Positions 23,665 to 38,312 of a stretch of 64,000 nt of DNA are shown here, piece after piece (the stretch's first letter is position 1; the number at the start of each line of letters is the position of its first letter). The notes under the pieces are model-generated. The model was given only the letters and a program-made list of their open reading frames with translations, did not search any database and was not told where the DNA came from. The stretch spans positions 14,464,871-14,528,870 of the forward strand of contig NC_092676.1 in the NCBI RefSeq assembly GCF_964355755.1, read 5' to 3'. The translations under genes and the position numbers were made by a program. The stretch is from Antedon mediterranea (lineage: Eukaryota; Animalia; Echinodermata).

Positions 23665-26600
23665 GACTCTGACTTTCAAGTCTGGAGTATGCCCTCTAGC
23701 TTTCAGCTTATTACACCTCTCTGGGATTACACCTCTCTATGATTCCCTCATCTGTAACCAGAGCATGATGATTCATCTGTAACCCAGAGCATGATGATTG
23801 GTGAAATAGGATCATGTGGTACAGTTTTTAGACGTTGCGGATACTGTAATTTAAACGTGTAACGTTCGCCCTGACCAAATCACTCACACAGCGTAACGTT
23901 CACCCTGACCAAATCACTCACACAGCGTATATTAAAATAAAGTACAGAAATAAAACCGTCATTGTTCACCATAATTATGCTGAACTTTTGATATGTTGTT
24001 ATTTATGAAATTATTATTCTAAATATGAAAAAAAATTGTAGATCCATGACATTGAAACAAAATGAAACAGGGGAATCCAGGATTTTGTGAAAGGGAGGAG
24101 GGGCAACAAGAGTAGACACTGAAATTTTGAAAATATGATACCTCTAGATGGTCGGAAATGGCACTATCATGTTATTATAAATGTATTAACAATTGATATT
24201 TTAAATATGAAAGCTGAGGTAGTAGCCTATTAAAAGGTGACATTTTCCTCATAGGCCTATTTTGAGTAAAAGTGTCACAACAGGGCGATTCGCACAAGTC
24301 TGTGTTTGCATATGGCGGAAAAGAGTGCTATTGTGGGGCCGTCGACACAACCTGTGTGGCGAAGCGAACTTTGTTAAATGACGCCCCAGATGACCGGAAA
24401 TGATAAATGGCACCTCTAATTTGCAGGAAAAGGCACTCTCTCATATGTAGCATGCTACCAATGAGTAATACAATCATACCTTTTCCATCTGGTAAACACA
24501 TAGGCAGTTAAAGGATGATAACATTTTGTTGCCGATGATAATCATTTACTTTTATTTTGTTTTGATTGCATTGCATTTCATTTAAGTTCAATGCAACGTA
24601 CGTAATATTAACATATCCTCTATCATGATGATACACTATGCTTCATAGCCACATATACTGTAGGTAACTACAGCGTTCATGTTTGACGTATATACACTTT
24701 ATGCTTGCTGAGTGCCACTGTTATAAACAATAGGTAGGCATAAGCAGTTGTCTGGCGGTGTCCTTTGTACGAATCGTTTGTGCCCCAGCTCGCTGTATAA
24801 GTACGATACATGCGCCGATATCATGTTACATCCAGTGACTAAAATGCATGTATTTTTCAGGTGAAAATAGGCAATTCAGACACGTATTAGTCTGCATGCA
24901 CAGATTTTTAAGTTAATATAATTTATTGCATAATATAATAAAATATATACTGTAGTCTTTTTTACTCCTTTTTTAAAAACTTTTCTGTCCGTTTTCATTC
25001 TTTGCAAATATATGGGGTGGGGGGGGGGCACCCCTGTGAAACGTTAGAATTTACTGTTTATGGCCGAACTCTATTATTCTACAGATCAGCTCGCATTTAC
25101 AATTTTGCACCCCCCGACAGCAACCAGCCCACACCTCTGGCCCTATATAACATATTATTAAGAAGTTTATGGGGTCTCTGTTTTTTAGATTTCTTAAAAA
25201 TGAAATTCTCAATGCCTACACACACAAGAAAATACTGATAGTAAGTTACGAACCTTTTTTTTTTTTTTTTTTAAATCACATTTTTTGTAATAAGGACCCT
25301 ATTGGAAATAAGCTATTTCAGCTTCATGGGTTATCCTAGTATGTTGTTCGAGACCGAATAAATCAAACAGACAAACAAGAAACCTGGGGCGCATACGTCT
25401 GCTTGTGATGGGTTGGGTTTTGATGATTTTTTAAATCTTTTATAAAAAATGAATTCAATGTACAGCAATTTATATGAACTTGCCAAAATAAAGGTTTGGA
25501 TGATGGCAGAATTGCGCAGCGTAACTACGCATGATTTTATGAAATTCTATAATTGATCATACCGTGGCGTTGGAAAGCATATTTTTAAAAAAGTATAATT
25601 CATATCAAAGGTTAAGTTTCTACCCAAAACTACCCAACATCCAAAAAATTATTTAGAAATTTAAAATCCTAAAAATCAATTTCTAATCAATTAAATTCAT
25701 GTTTTGGGCCATTTTGTATATGTCAAAATTTACTGCAAATTGGTGAAAAAACATGCCTATTATAGTTCCTGAAAACGAAGGTTGACCCGGGCCATTTTGT
25801 GCTCAGAAAATTTTCTTTCGTCTGGTTTACTAACATTTTCGATCATCTTGTTAAAATGTGTCCGCATTATCATGGATTACTCAACTCATCACAGTCATAT
25901 TATATTATTGGTTCTATTGTGATTGTCAAGGATTTTTTTTTTTATAATAAATATATTTGATAAAATAAAAATATGATGGATGTTTTTGTTAGTAATGCCA
26001 CTTTTAATTAATGAATCTGTATCAACATTTTCAAGATTTCTGACTTAATTAATTCTTTTAGCCACATAGCCTGCATCAACATATATTACTTAAAATGTTT
26101 TAATCTTAACTTACTATGCATGCTTCTAATAGCCTTACTAGTAAAGTAGCTCACAATCTAGTACTGTTACAAATGGTGCTGGAAAGAAGTTGTTTTGGTA
26201 AATTTTCTACATCTACAGGATCCACACTAACTTCTGTTTTAATATTACAAAAAAAATGTATAATAAACTTCAAGAAATTCTGTTACAAAAAGAAAACTAT
26301 ATCTTGTGCGATACCTATCATATTTACTAGTACTTATTATAAAGACAATTTTATTTACATTTCAACAACAGAACATTTTAAAAAAATTAACAATATATCT
26401 ATATGTAATACAATGATCCAAATCATTTAAATACTCATTATTGAATACTGCGGTGTACTAATGTCCCAAAATGACCATGTTAAAACTTAGTTATATTTAA
26501 ACATAATAACAGTAGACCCAATTCAATTCTGAACTATTTAATATATTAAATATAATGGACCAAAAATTTGTTACTGTGTTAACATACATTTACACATTTC

Positions 26601-29600
26601 TTAGCACCATCATTATGAAGGAATGCTCGACTACCACCTGTAATCGTTTATTACATAATATAATTAACTTGCGATAACATAAGCATTATCATCAATTATT
26701 CATTGAATTTTCATAATCCAACAATTTCAGACATGCACAGTATAATTTAATACATTTACTAACATTCATATTGAATTTGATATAAACCTAGTGCTTTGTG
26801 CAGCATTATAAAACTATAACAAATTGATATTGTTTTTAGTAAGGAAGGAAGCAGCATTTGAATATTTTAACTGGGTAAAGTTGAATCTGTATTATTTCAG
26901 AAAATTCTTTTGGCATAACATTTAATTGGTAATATTTACACAAATACAATAAAATTCTGTAAAGCCATTATTGATATACTGTGACATGAGATCATCCATG
27001 TATTTTATAAATATGTTTTATCATCAAAACACGTCTGAGCATTGAAGGCAAGACGAATCAATAAACAGAATAGGATACTAATTTCTATTGTCTTCTGGAA
27101 TATAGACTCTTCTAAGAGATATTTTGGCTATTACTTGTATTTCTTTTGATTTTCTATGAATTTAGTTGTTGGTATGTGCTATGTCATAGGGAATGAATAT
27201 AGGCCTATCTAAGTAATTATTATGAACACCTGAAAAGTGGATTGCCCTGTTCACTTTGCGTGACAACACATGATCATGTTGTTGCTGAGTCAGTGTATGT
27301 GACTAGGCACTGAATTCTACCCCCTGACAAAAGCTTCCTTTACCTATGCCCTAGGGGAGTTACCTGATCATTATCAGATACCCACCTGCTAACAACCTTT
27401 AATCCACAAGTCTATGCTGTATTTAAAAATCACTTTCCTTTCTGAATATTAAAAAAAGATGTACATGCAAATTAGAATATATAATATATAATATAATAAT
27501 GTTACATCAATCTCAAATAAATAAATAATTCCATGATAACAGTGTACAAATATAAAAATTGTATACAGGAATAAACATCTACATGATAAAACTGCAGAAC
27601 TAAATACAGATGGACATGGACACCTACTGTGGTCTTATTGAAATAATACAGTATAATAAATAATAATGTGCCATTCAAATTATATAAATCAATAACATTC
27701 ATAATGTGGAATACTTTCATTTAATTTCAATTAAAACTCCTCATGGACAAATGACAGGACTTGCAACAGAGGTAAGATCAAAGAACAATTTAATTGCTAG
27801 CCTATGCTAAAAGCACTGCTCTCAATCAAGCACAGTTTTTGAACGTCTTTTGCCACAGATCAACTTGTAATAATATTGTAAATACAAATGTAAATTGTAT
27901 GTCAAGGAATAATTTCCTAATTTTAATTATTTCTAAAAAATTGAACCACAACAACCATAGTTTTTAAGTATTTGTGATATTGAAATATATAATTTTTATA
28001 TTTGAATTACTGTATTGTATTGTTCCGGAAAACAAAATCTAAAAGTTATGTTAATCTATATACTATTAAATAATGTTTTTAATAATGCATGTCTTTGCCA
28101 GTATTATATGGCTAGGCCAAAGTTCTTGTCATTAATCTTCCTAATTTATATAGGAGCCCAGCACCTTTCATTTCTCATTTATTTATTTGACACAATTGGT
28201 CAAAGGGTTGCAACAGCAACAATCCCCTATATCATGTTGGTGTCCAAAAACCCTAAAACTGTGTTTCTGCTCTGGTACTGGACAACCGCGACCAGTCATG
28301 CTAGTTTGTTTTGTAAAATTAATTTGTAGGAGCTGTGTGTGATGCAACAAGAGACCATGTACTTTGATCTCAGATTTATTCAAGTCTTTCATTTCACTAG
28401 AATCTCCCAATAGACTTTTTGTGAGGTCCAAAGGTCCCAAATTCATTTTTACCATTAAAAACAATACCAGACAGAGTTCGACGGTAATATACCAAACTTT
28501 CCTCTGTCTATTTTATTATTTGATCTAGTTATTTTCTTTCATATAAACTTTTAAAAATAATTTATTTACAGAATAGTAAAACATTTCTTGATGAATACAT
28601 AGTGTACATGCAGAAAATCATTTAAAAAAAATCAATTTGTTTATATAGTACCAATAAATATTTTTAGTACCAATAAATATCCTGAGTTTTGATATTCTGA
28701 ATCTGTACGTATCCATTTATGTATTTATTTATTCTACTTGGCATTGTTTTATAGTTGTCCTTTGTATTTATTATATCTAACCAAAAACATTACTGATTAT
28801 TTATTAAAATGAAAGTTACATTTAATATAATACTACCAAAAAGCAACTGAGCAAAACAAAAAACATATATAAACATTTTCCAATGCAGCATTCACAAAAA
28901 CCATGACACACTTCCTACACAAGCCATTTACAAAGAATAGATGAATTATCTACAAAAATCTACAACTTTGAAAAAGCCAGATGTTTACAACCCCTTGGAC
29001 ACGGATCTGGCGGAATACATATACATCCTTAAACAATGAATAGAGAAAAGTATTGGCAATCACAAATATGACAACATAGGATAAATGCACACATTTTGAT
29101 TCACTGCCAACACATGTAACATTAACAAATATAGACAAAACCAGGATTTGCAAAAGGCCCAGGCCTTGAAATAACCTCTCAACTATTAACAAAACATTTA
29201 AGATTACGATGGGGTTCAGGTTGAGGACCTGAAGCCCATACAACTGCGCCACAAAAGCTGGCTTGCCAAAAATTGTTGATACAACCTATGTCAATGCTAT
29301 ATAATGTCCCAATTAATTAATCTCCTGAGTTATTCCTGATTTCTGCCAGAGACTTTCGAGTAAGACATTTCGCACACAGGTCCTAAAATAAAAGCTAAAT
29401 TTAATTTGATGTCCTATCATTAGCATTATATTTTCGAAATTTAGGGCCAGGCTGAATCCACACTCACACACATAAGATTGACATAAGGCAGATACAATGC
29501 CAAAGCCTTCGGCCAATGAATGAACGCACTACTAACACATAACAAGCACAGACTTGCATCTTCTACAAGCACCAAATAAATGGCTTCAGACAGGGGCCAG

Positions 29601-32485
29601 TCAGTCAGCCAAAGTCAATTCATCCCAGGATCAATTAGGTGCCACATCAACTTGGCCTCAAACTAATCGGTCAACTCAGCCCTAATAAAAGTATGGAATG
29701 GAACTAGTATTAGCAATATGCCTATATTGTGATTATTTTTCTATTAATGCTTTTCTTTGAATTATTTTAATACTGTCTTGCTAATATTAAGTGTTCTTTG
29801 CTATATTTTAATACAAGAACTGATAGGCACGTCATTAACGTAGAGGTAAAGCCTAGTAAAGAAAAATAATTATTATTTGATTAATATATTGTAATAACAA
29901 AATAAGTTGGTAAACTTATTTTTGTTATTGTCTAATATCATTTACAGTCTTCTTGGACAGCTATTTCTGTGTAAAAAATTGGAAGAAGTGAATATTTTGA
30001 AGTACTGTATTTTATCCATTCGCTTTGTTTCATACTTTATTGACCAATTAGTTTGTGGATGAGTTGATGTGAGGCCAAGTTGATGTGAGGCCAAGTTGAT
30101 GCAGGGCTGATGTGAAATGCGTCCGACTTGATGAATGGCTGAGATGGTTGAAGGCCAACTTGAATTGAATTTGTTGAGACAAGAAGGTGATTTTGGTTGT
30201 GATGTGTGCACCTCCCCAAGCCATAAAACCTATACCCTTGATTTAACTATAGTATTTTTTCAAAGCAGGAGCATTCACCCTTGCCAGAAGTTTCAGATGT
30301 ATAACCTATGTCTCATAGACTGTCTACTGATTGATACCAAGCACCTTCTACAATACTATAAGAAGTGGATTGTGGTGGTAAAATGACATCAAAACATTAC
30401 AGGCTACATAATATCTTAAAATTACCACGCCAGTAAATAATAGTTTATAATAGTTTTTTAGTCATAACTGAGCTTTCAATGTTGGATGCACATTTAACTA
30501 CTAGTATTTATGCTATGTTAGTTTCAATTTCTGTTTTCATGATTTTATCATATTAATAACCACATAACCATTTATAATAAATACATGTTATTATTCTTTT
30601 GTGATATGGTGAAAATATAAACAAAAATATTATTTTACAGAGAATCATCAGACTAATATATTTAGTAAAATGTACACAATTATAAACAAAATTATCTATA
30701 ATTACTGTATCAAAATGCGTATTATTCCCATCTCAAATTAAGTTATGAACATCTAATAACATAAATTCAAACATTACTTCCACTTAACAGGAAAGACAGT
30801 ACCACAAGTACTTTTACAATAAAAAATGCACAACGTTTTATCATATTACATAACTTCCTCTGATCATACATTACAGTATGAAAAAATGAAATTGAATTGT
30901 ATATACTGTATTGTTAAAATTTATATATAAATATACAAAAATTTAAAAAAATAAGGTTTACCCGTAATTTACAAATGTTTTTGCTTAAAGATAAAATTTT
31001 ACCTGGAAGAATTGATGAACTATTTAAATATTTCAGGTCTACTGTTTCTTTTAGTATTTTAGCACATTGGTTATAGTAGAGGGCAGCATATTTAATTACA
31101 ACATATATTTCTAAAATTATGTAAATACTCTAAAATTATGTAAATTTCTAAACGGTGGGAATAACCAAATAATTTGTAGAATGAACTTAAAAAATTCTGA
31201 ATACAAATTGAATGAAGGATCAAGTACAGTATTGTAAATGTCTGGTTATATACTAATCGTATTTTATGTGCAGCCACAAATTGTTAAAGCTTTACCCATT
31301 GAATGAGTAATTTTAAGGTAAAGCTGTCTTATTACCTCTTCACCAGACATGTATGGTTAGGAAGACGTTTTTCCACCTTTGCATATTTCGTCATCTTCAT
31401 TGATAGGTTGTTTACAGTTTCTCTGGTTTTGTTTGTCATAGCTTACATTATATCGTAAAAAGTACTGATTAATGAAGTTTGGCATTAAATGATTGGTGTA
31501 ACTGAAAATTCAGTAAAATCTTAAATTAATATTAACACAATATTACACATTCAAATAAAAAAATAATTCTTATCAACTGGAAGATGTACTATAAGCCTAT
31601 ACTGCATATTTGCATTCACTTCTTGCATAAAGGAACAATAACTTTGTGTCCAATTCTAATAGCACCAATTATGTGTATTACTGTAATTGAATGTTTATGC
31701 AATTGAAATTTGCCCAAGGGCCCGTTTCTGCTGCATAAGGTTGAATAACCGTTTATTTAAAAATAGGTTAAAAAATATATTTCAAAATACTGTATATCGA
31801 CTGCATAAATGTCAAAATTACCTAGAATGTGCTCAGATTATGTGGTCAAATGTTGAAAATGCAACAGTTGTTGACTTGAGGTCAATGGCGTTCAAGTAGT
31901 TAAAATTTGAATAACGATAATTGGTTAAATGCCGCTATAATCAATGTGGTGTTTTTAATTGTTAGTGGAAATTTTAAGTAATTGACACAATTGTTAATCA
32001 GTTATTCGCAAGCAGCAGAAACTGGCCCAAGAAATTGAAAGTACAAGTGCGACAAATACTGACATTTTCTAGTGGATAAAATTAAATGGGTAATGATAAA
32101 AATAAGGATGAGAATGATGTGCATGCGTTTGGTATGCCCAAGCACCTTCAGATAAATTATTTTATTTTCACAAAGAAACTTCAAGTAACATTCTTATCGT
32201 TACTGTTTACATTCATGTATTTCAGTTATTTATTTCTGTTCAAACTTATGCATATATTTTTCAAGTTACTCTACAATGTTTTTTTTTTAAATTTTTACTC
32301 TTTAAAAAAATATTTCTTTGATACAATTCTACTATTCATGCATTCTAAATACTATTTTAAGCGAAAACAAATTGAAAAAGAAAATCCCTGCCGTAAAAGT
32401 TGTGAGCATAAAGTAATCGAGTACCAATGTCCACTAAATACTTGAATCAACATATTATACTGTACTGCTATTAAAAAATGAGCAC

Positions 32486-32748
32486 TCAAGTATGCATGTT
32501 TACATCCATCATTTCTGCATAAAGTGCAGGTATTCCATGACATATGTCAGGCCATCGTTGGCTGCAATCAAGCGCAAAATCACGATGCAGTTTGTGAATA
32601 TGTTGAAGCTCTTGCATTTTGTTGTAAAGGTTTCCCATAAGTGTGACTGCATTGCGAGGGTGATTGCCCTCAACTTGAATGCGTAATGCCTCCACCAAAT
32701 TATTTTGTAATTCTGCTACAGCAGTAATGTTACCAAGACCATGTGCAT
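32486..32748 (-). CDS. Nuclear receptor (E78/NR1E-like) last exon: LBD helices 9-12
   Basis: tatttatag| phase 1. (D)AHGLGNITAVAELQNNLVEALRIQV...LQHIHKLHRDF...IPALYAEMMDVNMHT*. The AF-2-like IPALYAEMMD resembles E78 LPxLFAEIFD. Confidence 0.88.
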
Positions 32749-33816
32749 CTATAAATAGAAATATTTATAATATTAATTCAATAAATCACACAGTGTTATT
32801 GGCATATAATTAAAATCAATCAATTCGATTCAGTCAATCAATGCATCCAGTACACTTTTATTTATATTAATAACAGTAACAATAAACAATAAATAATAAC
32901 AACAATAACTATAACAATCATTTATCATATCACAATATGATCCCCAATCTTAAGTTATTTAAAAAAAAAAAAAAAACAAATTGTCAAGAATACAATTCGG
33001 AACTATTTACGTCCATTGATTTTGTTATACACAGAGTATTCCTTTTTACTTTGAAATATCTGTAAGCTACAAAATAAAAGCAATACTGGATATGGGACTT
33101 TATGCTGTGTGAATGATCAAATATATATATATATAATTATATAAATCCAATGGAAAATTACTGAAAAAATGACAATGCTGTGGGTATCAGTGGCTGGATC
33201 TCAATGGAGATACAAAAAAAAAGCGAAATGCTAAATCAAAACGATAAAGTAAACAGCCAGAAAAGTTAACAGAGCTTTCGGGCAACACTAGCCCTTTATC
33301 AGTGCAAGTGTTATATTCGATAATATATATATATATATTATCGAATTAAGATGTCATGTATTGGAATAATAATAATGCTTACGGACTTTGAAATCAACAC
33401 AAAAAGTATAAAGTATATTTAACGGAAACACAACATCCATTTGGATTTGTTTTATTTGTGTGTGTTTTTTTTTGTTCATTTACTTTTTTTCGAACTCGAA
33501 TGTACTAAGCATTGATATCAATGGCCACAGCGTTTACTCATTGAGCCAAACCCTGATTTACGAAAATCATTCTCTTCAAAGAATAGGTGTAATTAATTAA
33601 AACTAAAGACTGGTTTTTTGGCAGCCCAGCATGGTATTTGTAGATCCGGCCATGGTGGTACACAACAGAGGAGGTTGCGTAGTTTACACAGTGATGTAAT
33701 GGTGCTGAGACGTCAAATTTGGTCAACTTTCTGAATTCTTAATTTTCCTGACTTTATTTTATTTTTTAAACATACAAAAACAAAATGATATCGTACAAAA
33801 ACCACTAACATCATAC

Positions 33817-34207
33817 CTCGTTGTGCCAGTAAAGAGGAACAGAATAAAGCTAATTCAGTCTCTAATAAGCCAAACTGATTGATTTCTTCGGCAAAAACAT
33901 ACATGGCATGGAACAGTTCACGTGGTAGAAGAATCATCAGTTGTTCCCAAATCAATGACAAAGTCTGGCCAGTGTGTGTATGGTTGTCAACCTGGTGCAG
34001 TAATGGTGAAATTCGTAGTAACCAAACCTGAAAAAAACTGCTTTTCAGCAAGAGTAGTTGATCTTCTTGTGTCAGATTACGAAAACCTGGCACCGCTTTT
34101 GCAAATTCAACTTGACCACTAACTGCAGGATCTATAAGTTCTGTGAACTGTATCCAACGACGACGATTAGCAAGATCAACTTCATCTACCATTAGTTGAG
34201 GGTTGTC
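33817..34207 (-). CDS. Nuclear receptor LBD exon (helices 3-8)
   Basis: ttttcacag| ... |gtatga. Contains the NR signature VEFAKAVPGFRNLTQEDQLLLLKSSFFQVWLL and LLETELALFCSSLL; 391 bp, phase 0 in, phase 1 out. Confidence 0.95.
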
Positions 34208-36376
34208 CTGTGAAAATACAATATCAGTAAATTAAACAAGTAAAATAAAATGAAGATTATTACATTAAAGTCAAAACATTGTTTATTCGATTAGTTAGCC
34301 ACTTCCATCTTAAATTGTGCCAGGTACTGATCATAAGTTCATGGTTCCCAAATATTGTACACAAAAAACAGCAACATTTTGGTGTTGAAGTTTGCGGTAC
34401 ACCACGTATATTAGTTCTGAAACGAACTGTTGAGTTTCTCCAAAATTCATCAAGTAGCTACCATATTGAATGGAATGTCATGGGATTTTGTTATAGAGAA
34501 TGCGAGAGAGACTGAGGCCTCCAGAACATTTTTAGAATATGAACATCTAATTGCCCTGAAATTGCGAATCCAACTTTTCAAAGAGAAAAAAATTGCCTAC
34601 TCTATCTTTCCACTACATAGGGAATAGCTGCGACGTTCATGTGGTTGCTGAGCATTTCGATTCGCATGAGTGCTCATGAAAGCGTCATAGCTCATTTCCA
34701 GAGCTCTGATTGGTTGCGCAATATTTTGCTCCAAAAAAGTAGAAACAATCGAACTAGTAAATTTCGCTGAAGCGTAAAATCAAAGGAACTAGAATTCGTT
34801 GAAGAAGGGAGAATGACAGACAGAAACTCGAATACACATGCACATAGCATGACGCTTTCGATTCGCGCGAACAAATTCGTCTAGTGGAAAATCGGATTTA
34901 CAATCAAAATCTCAGTATAGGTACTAATTCAGAAAGTTTTGCATACCAGTGATCCACTACCCAAATAAAGTTAATTTATTATTGCAGTGTCCAGTTATTT
35001 TGCTTGTTAAAGTGTCCAGTGTTAACTGGATTTGAAGCAATTAGACTATACTCAGCCAGGGGGGAGTTTTATGGTTTGGGCGAACCCCCCCTTTACAGAG
35101 AATCCTCCCATTACAGAGAATCCCCCTTAACCAACTACGAACCCCCATCCTTGACATGCCCAATACCTCACCCTATCTCTAAAAATCCTCTAATTACGTG
35201 ACCCACAGTACAAAAGGTTATTCGTAAATTGAAAAAATTGTAAACTCGTTGGTGAATAACTCATACCTTCTTCCCTGTATGAGCGTACGTAGAGCGATAC
35301 GTGTATGTAAATTTCTAAGAGTTGCAAATGAAATTTTCACGTGAAAAATAATACAAATTTTTGGTCCCTGGATGTAACATGATATTGACGCGTGTATTAT
35401 ACTCATACCGATTCTTACAAAGGATACTTATTGTTCAGATCACTGGCAGTCAGCATGCATAAAGTATATAGCCTTCCGACGTACATCAAAAAATGGAAGA
35501 CTGCGGTTACCTACAGTATTTATGTGTGGCTATGAAGTATAGTGTATCATCATCAAAGAGTGTTATAGTAAATATTATATATATTACACATAATATCTAC
35601 GGTATCATGTACTGTAGTTTTACGTACTCTGTAACTGTATCAATACCACCTACTAACATTGATATATTTAATTTCATTAACAAATTACTAATTTCAATAT
35701 TATTCCCTTCTCTCTAAGGCATCAGTATTTTTTACTTAAATTTCTTTGTGCCATCACGCAGTCCTCTGAACACCCTCTTCGTCCATTTCTTCCTCCTGTT
35801 TGTACTATGTCTATGGTCCTTCGCCATAATCGACACTCTTCTCATCTTCCCAATACAATTTTTTTAAATTTCTTATCTCTCAGTTGCCACCTCTTCAATT
35901 TATCGTGGTTATAGTCTATCAAATGAAGGTCTAGAAATTTGGCTCTACAAAATGTCCTCTATCCATTTGCATCAATCTTGTGCATTACTGTAAGCCGAGT
36001 AGAAAGTGTTGTTGCCAATGATACACTCTCATCGTTTCCTCAACTTGCCGCATTTGTCCTTTCCAATCACTGTTCCAATGGGGGTCCAGAAACAAAGCCT
36101 CGGACCCATCGCATTCTAGCATAATGTGACGCCGTTTTAATAAAATTTAGGGGAGGCCCCTTTTGTCATTTAAATACTGTGTGCAAAACACATTGCACAA
36201 GGTCTGATGGTATGTGTGACTGTGTTTAAATAATATACCTATATTTATCGTTAAATTAAGGCATAGAAAATATATGCAAACCGCAAAAGTAAATGTACTG
36301 ACGGGCCAAGAAGAGGTATTCATTAATTTAAAAAAATCAATAATCATGACCCTTTGCAACTATTGGTTGTATATAA

Positions 36377-36722
36377 CAGGCCTGTAGCCAGGTTTTTTTT
36401 GGGGTGCGGGCGAACCCCACTTTTGCGCGAACCTCCTTGAAAAACAAAGGCCCCACTTCCAAAATCGTGCAAATAATTATCAATTATAGAATACTGTAGT
36501 GTACTATATAATTTCTCTGCATAACTCAGATTTTAATAGGTAAAAAATGTCTCTGTAAAGCTGATTAAAACAACCAAAATTGCTCTGAGAGCCAAAGCTC
36601 TGAGAGCCCTTGGTGGCCCCCTGGCCCCCCTCCCCCACCTACAGTTGCTTGCTGCGCTCGCAAAATAATTGGTGTAAAGAAAACCCCCCCCCCCCCTCTG
36701 CTGCATTCTGGCTACGGGCCCG
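36377..36722. mobile_element. Short MITE
   Basis: CAGGCCTGTAGCCAG ... CTGGCTACGGGCCCG imperfect TIRs, with tataa on both flanks. Confidence 0.65.
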
Positions 36723-38004
36723 TATAATATCCGAGCGTGCGCAATAATATTAGTACAGTACATACAGGCAAGTCCCTGGTACATGCTACATTCTAGGCAT
36801 TGGAGTAATAAACAACCCATTGAAAGTGACAGTGGGCTGGTCTTACAAAGGGAGGATATCGCCTCTTGTAAACTACGCATTTTGGTCCCTGAATGTGTAT
36901 AGCATGGACCCAGATGTTGATACGTGAGCTGGGCCAACTTACACAGGTAATATAGAGGGTGTAATATCGATAAAGAACTATTGTACTTCATGATCATCAA
37001 GTTTAACATATTTCAAACAAATTTGAAACACTTAAAACATGTCAAATCTGTTAAAAAGCATCAAATCTGCTAAAAATTGTAATTGTTAAATTGGAGGTTG
37101 GTATCAGTGACTAAAATTCCCACTATTATTCAATACAAAAGCATTTCAATCACAGATGCTGTAAAGTGTAAATGTTTTTTGCTTCCTCTTGTCCAGTACA
37201 TTTGAACTTGAGAGGAACAAAAATATAACAATGTCATACTCAGTAATTTAAAATGTTATATCATTTCAAATACCTAGCATAATATGTAATATAATACTGA
37301 GACAGTGCATCAATTGCCAACTCTGAAATCATTCACTCATGAGGATAGAAATCGCCATGGTGGTACTGCTGGGGGAGAGGAATTTATCTTGACACACGAA
37401 ATATGCCTGAACATGTGATCTCTTCTCGTGGCCACCCTCTCAAACCACCCACATCTCTGGAAAAAAAGATCGTTTGTGCCAACAGATCCAGATATCATAA
37501 ACATATGATAGTGGATGGGCTGTATCCTGGAAGACATTGATGCAATGCAGCAGTTTTGGACGTTGTCGAGGCAAGGTTTGGATAGTACAGCACTGGAGGG
37601 TGTTGTTAGGGAATATCTAGCTCATCCTCCTGTGCAACCTTCAACGCTGCAGTAGGTGCAGTCTCCTCATGAGGCACAGCTTTGCTGGAAGCTCCCTAGA
37701 CATGAAATCGGTAGTGCTAATAACGCAAGTTTTGCTGGGGTACAGTGAAATCAGTTTGAACTTCTTACTATGTTACAGTATCAACAACATTGAACTTTTA
37801 TGACATGGACGATGTATGTGTGCTTTCTATTATATACAACAATTTATAAAAATGTTTCCATAATTTGGGACTGCCGGTGGTTTCCCATTTCTGTCTCGCA
37901 ATTCAAATTCAAATTAAAGAACAGATTCACACGATATTCAAACTTGGAACCTTCTGCTTGAAATGCAGATGTTATAAATTATGTGAAAAATAAAATCACT
38001 ATAC

Positions 38005-38312
38005 CTGAGAATAACTGAAGTCCCTGAGGTATGGCATATCATTTGATGTATACATACATGTAATTCGGAAAGCATATGCAATCATGCTCACAAGTTCATA
38101 CATTTCAGCTTGTTTTGTTTGCAAGGAATTGTCCCTGGCAGGTGGAGATGCTAAAGCTTCATAATGGGTACCATGCCCATTAATTGGCATAGAAACAGGT
38201 GGAATGTCATCATTCTCACTTAAACTGTATTCAGAATCAGTGCTCTTCTTCCGAGTAGTACCTCCAGGTGATTTAACTTTACTTCTTGTTGGTACTCGTC
38301 CATATCGTACAG
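38005..38312 (-). CDS. Nuclear receptor exon: T/A-box, hinge, helix 1
   Basis: ttcaaaag| ... |gtatag. (A)VRYGRVPTRSK...EMYELVSMIAYAFRITCMYT; VRYGRVP is E78-like. Phase 1 in, phase 0 out. Confidence 0.92.

Noticed and set aside
28950-29620. Host gene exon or 100-aa ORF
   Set aside because: No splice context. It looks like a very decayed LINE 3' end, but too degenerate to call.
33713-33816. C-terminal extension of the 159-aa LBD ORF
   Set aside because: Read-through past the donor at 33816; the LBD continues in exon 32486-32748.
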